Notes: a model not told the origin generated them from the sequence alone. DNA of 64,000 nucleotides from Octopus vulgaris (GCA_951406725.2 OX597814.1:3844001-3908000), one strand, 5' to 3'. Shown: positions 1 to 13,256, counted from the stretch's first letter. A program made the numbers and translations.

Positions 1-245
1 CGCTCGACGGCTCGCTTGCTTGGCGGCTCTCTCACTCGACGCTTCTCTCGCTCGACGGCTCGCTTGCTTGGCGGCTCTCTCACTTGACGCTTCTCTCGCT
101 CGACGGTTCGCTTGCTTAGCGGCTCTCTCACTCGACGCTTCTCTCGCTCGACGGCTCGCTTGCTTGGCGGTTCTCTCACTCGACGCTTCTCTTGCTCGGC
201 GGCTCTCTCACTCGACGCTTCCCGTGCTCGGCGGCTCTCGCCCGA
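1..245. repeat. GC-rich 48-bp minisatellite (about 4 full units plus shorter variants), truncated by the window edge
   Basis: The unit cgctcgacggctcgcttgcttggcggctctctcactcgacgcttctct repeats at 1, 49, 97 and 145. This explains the 16-aa periodic ORF 20..274. Confidence 0.9.
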
Positions 246-965
246 TGGCTCCATCTGGCTTTTCTATCTCTTAACCTGTGCCTCTTTTAAATGCTATTCA
301 TTTTAGTATCGTTGTCTATTTCGTGTCAGTCCTGACCCAGAAGAACTGTTGAGAAAGCCGCTCCGGCCGAGACCATTTTGCTAATCTCTCAGGCAATGCT
401 TATTGAAGGACACTCCACAACGTGTGTTTTATGAATGTTTGTGTGTTTGTGTGTGTGCGCGCGAGCGTGCATAGAAGCATTTAGTGTAGCATATATGTGG
501 TTGCTTCTATCACCAATAGCAGAAAACCCTTCAAATAATGCCTTGCTTTCTTAAATAGGACAGAAGGACGCATTGAAAATGTAGTCCTAGCTTTATGAAA
601 GCCTCTTCTTCCTTCACACAGGGAAGATTTACTAGATGCATAATGAATAACAAAAATAAAATACACACAAAGTAGATGTAGTGTGCTTGCACAAACTGAT
701 TTTTATTCAGTTAGCCGTCTAATTGCAGCATCAGTGATTTTTCAATCAATGTTTTCGTTTATATGTGACGACAGGTTTTGCCTTAGCATGCAGTATTGCA
801 TTTAGTAATGCCACTATTGCAAGTGTAAGATTTTTGTCGGCTCCTGATATATATATGTGCTACTTTTACACAGTATGTTCATAAGAGATATGATATCCGG
901 ACGAATACCGCGGTTAAATTGCCCTTTTTGCCGAACTGTTTGGATTGAGTATGATACACAGGCGG

Positions 966-1628
<663 letters not shown>

Positions 1629-1672
1629 GGTGAATGAAAGACGGAAGATGGAAGAAACGAGAATTTTTATTA

Positions 1673-2162
1673 ATCACTACATTTGTTTCAATACATTTAG
1701 CATCGGTCCAGCGCTGGATTAACCATTAAGCAAAATAGCATGTGCTTAGGGCAACAAGGGAAGGGGGCGGACACCACAGAAATGGTAAATGGTTTACGAC
1801 ACAAAAGAAAATCACTTTAAACTTACTAAAATAATATTCGGGATGCCTTTATCTCTACTAAGTATCGATGCAGATGTGTTACCTAAGATTAATTTTGAGG
1901 ATCTGATCAAAAACTTTGCAATTCAAAAAAGTAGGAGGAAACTTTGCAAATATAAATAAAGTGGAAGGAGACAAAAATAAACATTATTTTCCCTCTTACT
2001 GTTTTGTTTCGTTACATAATCTTTTATGGGGGTACCAACACCTTTTAAGTGCTTAGGGCCTGGATAAGTCTAAATCCTGCCCTGCGTCGATCCTTCACGG
2101 GTGGGGTACTTAACAACTTGATCAGGAGCATCCGACGGTGCAGGTGTGTCTCTTCGGGTGAT
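1673..2162 (-). ncRNA. Penelope-type hammerhead ribozyme motif split by the hAT insertion
   Basis: Minus strand reads atcac-CCGAAGA-gacaca...[hAT]...tgtatt-GAAAC-aaat-GUA-gtgat, followed by taataaa. Stem I is atcac/gtgat. The core has a U4C change. Confidence 0.55.
1709..2084 (+). mobile_element. Non-autonomous hAT (Tip100/ZMYM-like) DNA transposon with a transposase C-terminal remnant
   Basis: Imperfect TIRs: cagcgctggatt at the left end and aatcctgccctg at the right end. The 8-bp TSD is catcggtc (1701-1708) versus cgtcgatc (2085-2092), a 6/8 match. Positions 1849-1959 translate to LSLLSIDADVLPKINFEDLIKNFAIQKSRRKLCKYK*, resembling the end of the hAT dimerization domain. Confidence 0.8.
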
Positions 2163-2399
2163 AAGATAGACACAAATCGTTAAAATAACAGTTCCACAAT
2201 TTAGTGTCTTTTACTAGAATAGTATTGAGAGTGACTTTGAAGTTTGCGCCAGTTGAGCCAGCATCGGACTGATGATGGCCGAAGATTCGAAGTCACTGTC
2301 AGTATTATTCTTGCTAAAGAGTTATACATTTCTACTTAAGTGCTTTGAGTAATACTTCAATTTAATGAAAAATTGTCTTGATTATAACATAAAAACAAA

Positions 2400-2935
2400 C
2401 GATACATACAAGCATACATATACATATATAGATACATACATGCATACATACATGCCTACACACATATACATATATACATACATACATGCATACATGCATA
2501 CATACATATATGCATACATGCATACATACATGCATGCATACATACATATATGCATGCATACATACATGCATACATACATGCATATATACGTACATATACA
2601 TATATACATACATATATACATGCATACATACATGCATATATACATACATATACATACATACATACATACATACATACATACATACATACATACATGCATA
2701 TATACATATATATACATACATACATGCATACATACATGCATATATACATACATACATACATACATACATACATACATACATACATACATACATACATGCA
2801 TACAAATATATACATATATATCTATATATGCATACATGCAGGCATACATACGCCTACATATACATACATACAAATATATACAAACACATGCATTCATACA
2901 TGTATGTATGAATACATACAAGCATACATAACGAT
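2400..2935. repeat. Degenerate (CATA)n/(CATG) microsatellite
   Basis: Direct reading of the sequence. Confidence 0.95.
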
Positions 2936-3052
2936 TCATATACAAAAATTAATGCACATGAACTCACATATTTATAGACCCCGGGCGGTGGGGGTTAAAA
3001 GCAAAGTTCAACCTCGTGGGATTGGATATCACAACGCAAAGAGCGCGATGAA

Positions 3053-3266
3053 AGGAGAGCTGGCAGAAGCGTTAGCAAGCCTGGCAAAAGGCTTAGCGGT
3101 ATTTCGTCCGTCTTTACGTTCTGAGTTCAAATTCTGCCGAGGTCGACTTTACCTTCCATCCTTTCGGGGTCGATAAATTAAGTACCAGTTGTGTACTGGG
3201 GTCGATCTAATAGACTGCCCCCCCCTCCCGAAAGATTTCGGGCCTTCTATCTAGAGTAGAAAAGAA
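3053..3266 (+). mobile_element. SINE family B (tRNA-like head plus Meta-like domain)
   Basis: gagctggcagaa...gagttcaaattc (A/B-box-like), then ccttccatcctttcggggtcgataaattaagtaccag, which resembles the MetaSINE domain. More than 10 copies occur in the window. Confidence 0.85.
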
Positions 3267-3342
3267 ATATCTCGAACCATTTTCTTGCGATGCGGAAACG
3301 ATTCTGCCAGCTCGCTCCCCAAATAAATTTATAGATAAATGC

Positions 3343-3554
3343 TTCCAATTTTGGCACAAAGCCTGCAAGTTCAGGCGAGGGGGGTGAGTCGATTAGATCG
3401 CTCCCAGTGTTCAACTGGTACTTATTTTATCGATCCCGAAAGGATGAAAAGGTAAAGTCGACCTGGGTGGAATTTGAACTCAGAACGTAAAGACTGACGA
3501 AATGCCGCTGAACATTTTGTCCGGCGTGCTAACCATTCTGCCAGCTCACCGCCT
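3343..3554 (-). mobile_element. SINE family B
   Basis: Reverse complement of the 3053-3266 family. It sits tail-to-tail with that copy, and its head abuts (AAT)n. Confidence 0.85.
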
Positions 3555-3555
3555 T

Positions 3556-3567
3556 AATAATAATAAC

Positions 3568-3623
<56 letters not shown>

Positions 3624-3850
3624 TGATGATGACTTTGATGAGGATGATGATGATGATGATGATGGTGACGGCGGCGGCGTTGGTGGTGGTGGTGGTGGTG
3701 GTGGTGGTGGTGGTGGTGGTGGTAGTGGTGGTGATGGTCTTGATGAGGAGAAGGAGGGTGATGCTGCTGCTGATAATGATGAGAAGAAGAAGAAGAAGAA
3801 GAAGAAGAAGAAGAAGAAGAAGAAGAAGAAGAAGAAGAAGAAGAAGAAGA
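3556..3850. repeat. Compound trinucleotide tract (AAT)n-(GAT)n-(GGT)n-(GAA)n
   Basis: Direct reading of the sequence. Confidence 0.95.
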
Positions 3851-4100
3851 AAATAAGTAAAGTTAAAATAATGGAACGGCATTGAAAAGTAGACAAGTTA
3901 AAGTGGAGAGAAAAAAAGGTGAAAGGGGAAGGAAAAGGAAGAAATGATGTAAATTGATAATGAATGACAGAATTTAGAAAGAAAATTTAAAGGAAGATAT
4001 TGTTTAAATATTCACGAATTTGAAGAAGAAGAAGAAAAACGAGGTTGGATGGAAAGAAATTTAAGAATGAATGCGGGGGGATTTTTTTTAATAACGTATA

Positions 4101-4515
4101 CTCTTTACTCTTTTACTCTTTTACTTGTTTCAGTCATTTGACTGCGGCCATGCTGGAGCACCGCCTTAAATCGAGCAACTCGACCCCGGGACTTATTCTT
4201 TTGTAAGCCCAGTACTTATTCTATCGGTCTCTTTTGCCGAACCGCTAAGAAATGGGGACATAAACACACCAGCATCGGTTGTCAAGCAATGCTAGGAGGA
4301 CAAACACAGACACACAAACATACACACACACATATATATATATACATATATACGACAGGCTTCTTTCAGTTTCCGTCTACCAAATCCACTCACAAGGCTT
4401 TGGTCGGCCCGAGGCTATAGCAGAAGACACTTGCCCAAGGTGCCACGCAGTGGGACTGAACCCGGAACCATGTGGTTGGTAAACAAGCTACTTACCACAC
4501 AGCCACTCCTGAGCC
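4101..4515 (-). mobile_element. SINE family A (tRNA-like head, CORE-like domain, internal (TA/TG)n, (AAAAGAGT)n tail), full length
   Basis: Reverse complement reads ggctcaggagtggctgtgtggtaag...gggttcagtccc...caccttgggcaagtg...gaaacaagtaaaagag. It is closely similar to 45365-45778 and 58832-59205. Confidence 0.9.
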
Positions 4516-5295
4516 TATATTTAGAAAGAAAAACGAATTAGTGGAAAATATAATGCAGGTGAGCATTTTAGGTGTGAATTTACCCGGTTCGATTTTATTG
4601 ATTTTCTACAGCCCCCAAACCGATTCTTTTCGCTGCTTTTTGCCTTTGTCAACTCCATTGTACAAGGTCAGTGAATATGGCAACAAAATAATCAAGCACA
4701 CAAGAAAGTTTCTTTAGGGGATTTTTGGGGGGAGCAGGGGTTCAATGTTTGTGTTTTGTGGTGAGGGGGATGTTCTATCTGGTTCAACAAACAGACAAAT
4801 TATTTGATATTCTCTTGGAGTCATACGATTACGTAGAACTAATTAAAACACTCGGAATTTAAATTTTAGGTGTTCTACCTTGAATGGCGGGTTTTATAGA
4901 GACGATGGTCATTTAATCGTACGCAATATGTCTGACCACCATTAGAATAAATTAAGAAAAGGCATTATTAAAATTACTACGCGGTGTAGGTTTTAAAATT
5001 ACATTTCGTTGGAATCCAGCCTTAGTATAGAGAAATGTCTAGGTATTATTTTAAACTTGGACACAAATAAATTCCCCATTTAACGAAACCTCAACGAGAT
5101 GTTATTCTTTATTTTATATCTACAAAAATCCCAATCATTCGGTTATTATCCCCCGATATCTAACAGTCTAATATATTAATAATATCGATAATGATAATGA
5201 TCTATAAGTCGTAATCGGATTAATTATACGATTATATTTCAGAATTTTCATCGATTCTTTAAATTTCATTTGTCGTTTTATTATTATTATTATTA

Positions 5296-5389
<94 letters not shown>

Positions 5390-5590
5390 GGCGGCGAACT
5401 GGCAGAATCGTTACATCACGGGGCGAAATGCTTTGCAGTATTTCGCCCGTCGCTATGCTCTGAGTTCTAATCCCACCGAGGCTGACTTTGCCTTTCATCC
5501 TTTCGCGGATCGATTAAAGAAAGTACCAGTGATACACTGGGGTCGATGTAATCGACTTATCCCCCCCCTTGTGGCAAAATTTGAAACCAT
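5390..5590 (+). mobile_element. SINE family B within (TTA)n
   Basis: ggcggcgaactggcagaatcgtt...gcctttcatcctttcg. Flanked by (TTA)n at 5276-5388 and 5594-5814. Confidence 0.8.
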
Positions 5591-5592
5591 TA

Positions 5593-5655
<63 letters not shown>

Positions 5656-5656
5656 C

Positions 5657-5747
<91 letters not shown>

Positions 5748-5817
5748 CATTATTTTTATTATTATCATTATTATTGTTATTATTATTATTATTATCATTA
5801 TTATTATTATTATTGAA

Positions 5818-6002
5818 GGCGGCAAGCAGGAAGATTCGTTAGCTCATCATCGCTACGTTCTAGGTTCAAATTCCGCCGAGGTCGACTTTGCTTTTCATCC
5901 TTTCGGGGTCAATAAATTTAGTCCCACTCAAGTAGTGAGGTCGATATAATCGATTATCCCCCTCCCCACAAATTCCAGGCCTTGTGCCCTATAGTAGAAA
6001 GG
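5818..6002 (+). mobile_element. SINE family B (internally deleted)
   Basis: ggttcaaattccgccgaggtcgactttgc...ggccttgtgccctatagtagaaa. Confidence 0.8.
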
Positions 6003-6019
6003 ATTATTATTATTATTAT

Positions 6020-6063
<44 letters not shown>

Positions 6064-6447
6064 ATAGTAGTAGTAGTAGTAGTAGTAGTGCGACGCCGAC
6101 GACGATGACGATGCTGCTGCCCTCCCCTTATGACAGGGGTGGATGCAGTTGTCAATAACAACCAACGCCCTCAACTGCCATAACCTCGGCCCTATCTCTG
6201 CAAAGATCTCATTGATTGTAGATAAGTCACTTACTGTGAAACATGCACCATCATCATCGCCTCACTGTCGCTACACAAGTCTCGCTGTCTCTGTCTGTGT
6301 GTCTCTCTCTCTCTCACTGCACCAATTTCTCCATTTGTTTGCATATGTAGGTTGTGGTTTGTGTGTGCACGCGAGCCTGTGTGTATGTGTGCATATATAT
6401 AAAAATATCTATACACATGCATGTTCTTGTATATAAGCACTCTCTTT

Positions 6448-6464
<17 letters not shown>

Positions 6465-6527
<63 letters not shown>

Positions 6528-6645
6528 TAGATAGATAGATAGATATGTTTCTTTATAGCCACACATGCACACAGATAGAACAAATTACAAGGTAGAGCTT
6601 TTCTTTTGAATAGGGGAGTTTCGATAGATAGAAATAGACAAAAAA

Positions 6646-6696
<51 letters not shown>

Positions 6697-6707
6697 TGTA
6701 TATATAT

Positions 6708-6786
<79 letters not shown>

Positions 6787-6829
6787 TATATATATAGATA
6801 GATAGATAGATAGATAGATATATATATAT

Positions 6830-6900
<71 letters not shown>
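6465..6900. repeat. (TA)n and (TAGA)n microsatellites
   Basis: Direct reading of the sequence. Confidence 0.95.
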
Positions 6901-6933
6901 TTCACACACACACACATACATATAGTGGATCGT

Positions 6934-7336
6934 GGAGGCACAATGGCCCAGTGGTTAGGGCAGTGGACTCGCGGTCGTAGAATCGCGGTTTCGATTCCCA
7001 GACCGGGCGTTGTGGGTGTTTATTGAGAGAAAATCCCAATCATTCGGTTATTATCTCCCTAAAGCTCAACGTGGCTCCGGCAGGGGGCTGGTAGCGAACA
7101 CTGCTGTCCTCTTTCACCACGACTTTCTCTCACTCTTTCTTCCTGCTTCTGTTGTGCCTGTATTTCAAAGGGGCCAGTCTTGTCACATTCTGTGTCACGC
7201 TGAATCTCCCTGAGAACTACGTTAAGGGTACGCGTGTCTGTGGAATACTCAGCCACCTGCATGTTAATTTCACGAGCAGGCTGTTCCGTTGATCGGATCA
7301 ACTGGAACCCTCGTCCTCGTAACAGGCGGAGTGCCA
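6934..7336 (+). mobile_element. SINE family C (tRNA-derived head; 3' module shared with family D)
   Basis: A box tggcccagtgg and B box gtttcgattcc. The tail gctgaatctccctgagaactacgttaagggtac...caactggaa is also present, reverse-complemented, at about 34410-34520 and 42785-42895. Confidence 0.85.
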
Positions 7337-7398
7337 CGCATAGTGGAACGTCCACAATATATGTATGCATATATATATGTATGTGTGTACATATAAAT

Positions 7399-7621
7399 AT
7401 TTCTTTACTACCCACAAGGGGCTAAACACAGAGGGGACAAACAAGGACAGACAAACGGATTAAGTCGATTACATCGACTCCAGTGCGTAACAGGTACTTA
7501 ATTTATCGACCCCGAAAGGATGAAAGGCAAAGTCGACCTCGGTGAAATTTGAACCCAGAACGTAACGGCAGACGAAATACGGCTACGCATTTCGCCCGGC
7601 GTGCTAACGGTTCTGCCAGCT
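7399..7621 (-). mobile_element. SINE family B, alternative-tail subfamily
   Basis: The plus-strand tail tttctttactacccacaaggggctaaac is shared with 61767-61995. Confidence 0.85.
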
Positions 7622-7622
7622 A

Positions 7623-7785
7623 GGCGCAGGGGCGGTTGTGTGGTAGGAAGCTTGCTTCTCCAACCACATGGTTCCAGGTTCAGTCCCACTGCGTGGCACC
7701 TTGGCCAAGTGTATTCTACTATAACCTCGGGCCAAACCCTTGTGAGTAGATTCAGCAGACAGAAACTGACAAGAAGCCCGTCGTA
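7623..7785 (+). mobile_element. SINE family A, 5' half, running into (GT)n
   Basis: ggcgcagggg...ggttcagtcccactgcgtggcacc...aagaagcccgtcgta. Confidence 0.85.
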
Positions 7786-8543
7786 TGTATATATTTATGT
7801 GTGTGTGTGTGTGTGAGTGTGTATGTGTGAGTGTGTGTGTGTGAGTGTGTGTGTGTGTGTGTGAGTGTGTGTGTGAGTGAGTGTGTGTGTGTGTGTTAGT
7901 ATGTGTGTGTGTTCGAGTGTGTGTGTGTAAGTGTGTGTGAGTGTGTGTATGCGTGAGTGTGTGTGTGTGTGAGTGTGTATGTGTGTGAGTGTGTGTGAGT
8001 GTCTGTGTGTGAGTGTGTGTGTGAGTATGTGTGTGATTATGTGTGTGTGAGTGTGTGTGTGTGTGAGTGTATATGCATGTATGTATGTATGTATTTGTGT
8101 GATCCGTCCAGGAAACAATGAAATATATTTCAATACACGAGTTCACATCAAGAATCCTGTAAACCAAATGCAAAAGCGAAACAATCGTCTCTCATGCGTA
8201 ATTATTTCAGTATGATCATCACCAACTGACATTTAATTCCTGGCAAAAGCTACTGATTTTTTAAAACAAATATTCAGTTATCTAAATGTAAAATTCAATA
8301 TTATCAAAAGTTGTGAATTTATAACTGTTTTTATTACTGATGCTATGAAAATCCTTTCCAGTATGTCGTTCCATAACGGCAAAGTAATTCCGACTCGGTT
8401 TTAAAGAATATGTTATATATATTGGCTACATTTTGTTTCCTAATAAAATTGCTTTGTGGTTCTTAAATGTAACGTACGGCTACATAGAGCTAAGCGTTTG
8501 AGTCTAACATTTGTTTCTAATTCGGCATATATTTGCTTAATAA

Positions 8544-8756
8544 GGCGGCGAGCTGGCAGAAACGTTAGCACGCCGGGCGGAATGCTTAGCGGCATTTCGT
8601 CTGTCTTTACGTTCTGAGTTCAAATTCCACCGAAATCGACCTTGCCTTTCATCCTTTTGGGGTCGATAAATTAAGTACCATTTGCGTACTGGGGTCGATC
8701 TAAGCGAGTGGCCCCCTCCCGAAAAAATTCGGTCCTTGTGCCTAGAGTAGAAAAAC
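8544..8756 (+). mobile_element. SINE family B, full length
   Basis: ggcggcgagctggcagaaacgttagc...ccttgtgcctagagtagaaaaa. Confidence 0.9.
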
Positions 8757-8879
8757 ATTTTTGCTGAATTGTGAAATTTATCCAGTTAAATGTTTTGTCA
8801 TGTTTTTATTTTGTTTGTTGTTTTTTTTTATATATATTCGTAATTCTTTCGATAAAAGTATTTTAATAGATTCTTTAAT

Positions 8880-9245
8880 CTTTTATTTGCTTTAGTCATT
8901 AGACTGCGGCCATGCTGGGGCACTGTTTTGAGGGGTTTTAGCCCAACAAATCGACTCCACTACTTATTTAAGTATGGCACTTACTCTATCCGTCTTTTTA
9001 CCCGAATCATTTATTTACGGGAACATAAACACACCAGTACCGGTTGTCATGTGGTATGCGGACAAACACAAAGCAAAGACGCACATGCATGGAGACATAC
9101 ACTTATATTATGATGGGCTTCTGCACAATCTCCGCCTACCAAATTCACACGGGACTGTGGAGAACAACATTTGCCCAAGGTGTCGCACAGTGGGGGTTGA
9201 ACCCGAAACTACACGCTTGCAATATGAGCTTCTTAACCATACATT
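8880..9245 (-). mobile_element. Old, diverged SINE family A copy
   Basis: gactgcggccatgctggggcac...ttgcccaaggtgtcgcacagtgg. Confidence 0.7.
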
Positions 9246-9287
9246 TCTGCCCCCCCCCCCATACAAATATTTTGCTCATAAGAAATC

Positions 9288-9537
9288 TTTGGCTTTGTTT
9301 GAGATGACAAAGTATTTAAGGAATTTTGAAAAAGTCTTCAGCGTATTCTTCAAAGTCTGTTAAAAACTGTTAATATAAATGTTCATTCTTATTCTTCTAT
9401 GTTGGAAAGCTCCGGTTTGAAGAATCATGGCTTTTATAATCAAAGAATCCAAAATCTTACGAACTCCTGTGCCTTTACCAATAAGCTCTTTTATAAAATG
9501 TTTCCTCGGGGGAGAATACTTCTTTGTCGAAGACTAC
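9288..9537. mobile_element. ~250-bp dispersed repeat, unclassified (possibly a non-autonomous DNA transposon fragment)
   Basis: Closely matches the reverse complement of 17704-17953. Confidence 0.75.
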
Positions 9538-9645
9538 GACGGATCTTTATTTATTATGCAGTTGGCTTACTTAGTGCACACACACTCAGATACACGCTCA
9601 CACATACACATATTCACACACACACACACACATAAATATAGATAG

Positions 9646-9680
<35 letters not shown>

Positions 9681-9701
9681 TAAATAGATAGACATATAGA
9701 C

Positions 9702-9779
<78 letters not shown>

Positions 9780-10915
9780 GCAGACAGATAGACAGACAGA
9801 TAGATAGATATATAGAGAGAGAGACAGGCAGACAGGCAGATAGACTGACAGACAGACAGAGGGAGAGAGAGAGAGATACGCATAAGCGTAACCATACATA
9901 TATGTGTGCATGTCTGTATTTGACGAGAGTGTAGCTAAAGTCCACGTAAAACATTTCAATATTAGCGTAGAACATCTCAACTCATTGTAGACTGTATATA
10001 ACAGTGAAGAATCAAAAGAATGGTTTCACAGTGGATCTGAGATGTAGAGTCTTTAATCCAACAAAAATGGAAGTAAAGCTCGTTACCAAATATATTTTCG
10101 GATTCTATAGATACAAAAATAAGACTAACAATAAACACAACGAAAAGAAAGTACAGGCTCTGATCGTTTAACAATATTGAAGATAAATTCAACAACAAAT
10201 TCTCCCAAATCGTTTTTGTACAATAATGCCAATCCATTTCTACAGAATTTCTCCTGAAAGCTATAGAATTTTAGAAAAATGTGCACTACCATACCAGCAT
10301 CGATATCATTATTACAATGAATGCAAGGATGGTGTTACTATTTTGTAAGAATTCCCTCAAGGTTTCAAAAATGCAGAAATGGCGAGTAACCACAAAGCAG
10401 TGATTTATTCGAATGATTTTGTATCGCTGTGAAAATTAGAAAACTACTCACTTTTGTTAATGGATGGCATGGAATTTAATATAGAGGGGACGGGTTTGCA
10501 ATATCCCATAACATGAATGGGCTTGACAGGGGAGAAAAGATTCTATGCTTCTTAAGAATTTGGTACGAAAACCACGACTGAACGAAATCTGAGTAAGGTA
10601 GATACATTATTAAATCTAAGCAGTTGTTAAGCTCTTTTCCTACTCTGCACTCAACGAAGAAACAACATACATAAATAGTGGGTCCAACCAGTGTTTACGA
10701 TCTTGCATCACCCGACAAGTGATCTACCATCGTTAAGCATATATCTAATGTGTCATGAAACCAAGGTATATTTAACAAAGTTACTCTACAAGACATTCGA
10801 ACTCTGACTAAAAGTGGTTCCAATGCCAAAGGGAAATACAGTGAGTGGCCTACACAAAACAACACAAAACGTAAATGTAAAAAAAATAATAAATAAATAA
10901 ATAAGTAAATAAATA

Positions 10916-11043
10916 GGTACAGGAGTGGCTGTGTGGTAAGTAGCTTGCTTGCCAGCCACTGGTTCCGGGTTCAGTCCCACTGCATGGCACCTTGGGCAAG
11001 TGTCTTCTACTATAGCCTCGGGCTATACTGAAAGAAGCCCGTC

Positions 11044-11092
<49 letters not shown>

Positions 11093-11545
11093 TAATAATA
11101 AAGGGTGAAATTAATTAATTAGGGATAATTATCAATTACACCAAGTAGATTTCGGCATGTAAAAGCCCATTCGAGGAAAATTTAAGTAATACTAGTATTA
11201 AGGTTTAGCAATCACCAAACCGAATTTAGAAATAGCAGTCAAAGAGATATACTTTGTAGAGGAATACTATATCTCTTGACTGCTTTCTAAATTCGGTGTT
11301 TAATTGTTGCTAAACCCTTAATTACTAGTATTACTTATATATATATATATATATATATGTATGTAGTGTGTGTTTGTCCCCCCGCCACCTCCAACATCAC
11401 TTGACAACTGATGCTGGTGTGTTTACGTCCCCGTAACTTAGCGGTTCGGCAAAAAGAGATCGATAAGTCCTGGGGTCGATTTTCTCGACTAAAGGCGGTG
11501 CTCCAGCATGGTCACGGTCAAATGTCTGAAACAAGTAAAAGAGTA
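10916..11545 (+). mobile_element. SINE family A with a ~250-bp fold-back insert in its internal (TA)n
   Basis: The 5' half is at 10916-11045 and the 3' half at about 11365-11545. The insert is at 11089-11337. Confidence 0.85.
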
Positions 11546-11599
11546 ATAGAGTAACTGGTTTAACCCTCCTCGGAGTTTCAGTGTATCTTGAAATAATAC

Positions 11600-11670
11600 T
11601 ATTGTTCCACACAGATTTTGCAAAACCTTCGACAAAATTTCTGTTCAAGCTAGTTTCAATTGCATGAGTA
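11600..11670 (+). pseudogene. Possible CR1/L2-type reverse-transcriptase relic
   Basis: TDFAK, then a frameshift, then FDKI..LFKL, resembling the DFxKAFDxV RT motif. Very short. Confidence 0.3.
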
Positions 11671-12631
11671 AGATAAGATGACAAACTTTTGATGCAATTA
11701 AAAAATAAATAAATAAAATTATAAATAAATTAATAAATAAAATAAAGCCTAATCTGAATGCAATTGTCAAGTCTTGACCAAGTGATCTTTGGACTGCAAA
11801 TAGTTGTCAAAAGAAATAGTATAAAAACGGATGTAGGCTTAGTAGACTTCACAGTACAAACATCATTGGTTTGACCCAGAATACCTTTAAACCTAGATAG
11901 ACATAGCATACTTATTCTTTCAGGTTCAAATGTATGTGTAATGCTTATTATTTCGAAACACATTTGTTTGTTAAAAGAGAGATACCGCGCAGATAAAGGT
12001 AAAGCCACTGATCGTCTGATTTAATTGAAAAATTTAAGATTTCTGGCATCTTGAAGAAATTTCTCGTATTGCCTCTATATAAAGAAATATAAAAATAAGC
12101 TCTCCAGAGATATCGTGACAACCACATCGAAAACTGAGTTAAAATATACGTTATACATCAATGTTCACCATCGAATCCAATGCAGTTATTGCCCTTCTCT
12201 TTGTCAGTTCTGAATTTCCATCCCTTAAGTGTCTCACGTGATTGCTGCTAACTAATAGAACCAGTGAAATCCCTGTTGTATCTTGAATTAAGGAATGCTT
12301 TCCTTTGTTTCGTTACAGTCTAGCATGGCCGCTTTTTGGAGTGAGCATTCATGAAACTTAAACGACAGCGAAGGGCATCAACCGACTGAATATAAAAATA
12401 CTCTTTATTATTGACTCTATACTCTTTTTAGGTTATGCATCGAGTTCTTTCACTCTCTTCGTTATCAGCACCGTAGGTGTGTATGACAGTGTGTTTATGT
12501 ATGGGTCTATGAACATGTGTGTTCTATGCATTCATACATACATACATTCATACATATATATGTTTGTGTGCGGTTGAATGCATTTATATATATATATATA
12601 TATAAATCTCAATATACATTTGTATATATAT

Positions 12632-12673
<42 letters not shown>

Positions 12674-12829
12674 ATATGTTGTAGGAAAGCATCACAGAAG
12701 AATGTATGAAAGGAATGAAAGACCATAATATATGATATCGATTGCGTTTGCCAAAATAGGACACATTATAGTGGCAATGGTATTGGTAGGGGTTGTGGTA
12801 GGGGAGGGCAGGATGGCGTTGGCGAATGT

Positions 12830-13225
12830 TGTGGTGGTGGTGGTGGTGGTGGTGGTGATGGTGGTGGTGGAAGTATGTAATTGTTGTTGAATGTGGTAGT
12901 ATCGGTGGTAACATTGTTATTGGTGGTAGTGGCGGCAGAGGTGGTGGTGGTGGGGTGGAGGCGTTGTTGGTGGTGATGGTGGTGGTGATTGCGGCGGCGG
13001 CGGCGGCGGTGGTGGTGGTGGTGGTGGTGGTGGTGGTAATGATCATATTAAAGGGTTTGGATTAGTGATGATGGGCAGTGGTGGAGATGATGGGAGATGA
13101 TGGGGAGAGCGAAAGTGGGTTTGGGGGAGTCAATGGCAGCGGGGGGTGGTGACCGTGTAAAGAATATGAAGATGGTATTGGGCTAATGTTGACGATGCTA
13201 ATGATGGTAAGGGTAAAGATTATGG

Positions 13226-13256
<31 letters not shown>

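Noticed and set aside
1-245. CRISPR-like array
   Set aside because: The units are contiguous with no unique spacers, the context is eukaryotic, and there are no cas genes.
2217-2311. Pre-miRNA-like hairpin with 26-bp arms
   Set aside because: The arm sequence recurs at about 41612-41662, so it is more likely an inverted repeat-family end. The loop is also large.
4612-4666. Possible micro-exon (tttctacag...aag|gtcagt)
   Set aside because: Splice-like signals are common by chance, and there is no recognisable peptide or partner exon.
6934-7010. tRNA genes here and at 37915-37988, 37991-38056 and 34630-34703
   Set aside because: A and B boxes are present, but the acceptor stems do not pair and each runs into a SINE body or microsatellite.
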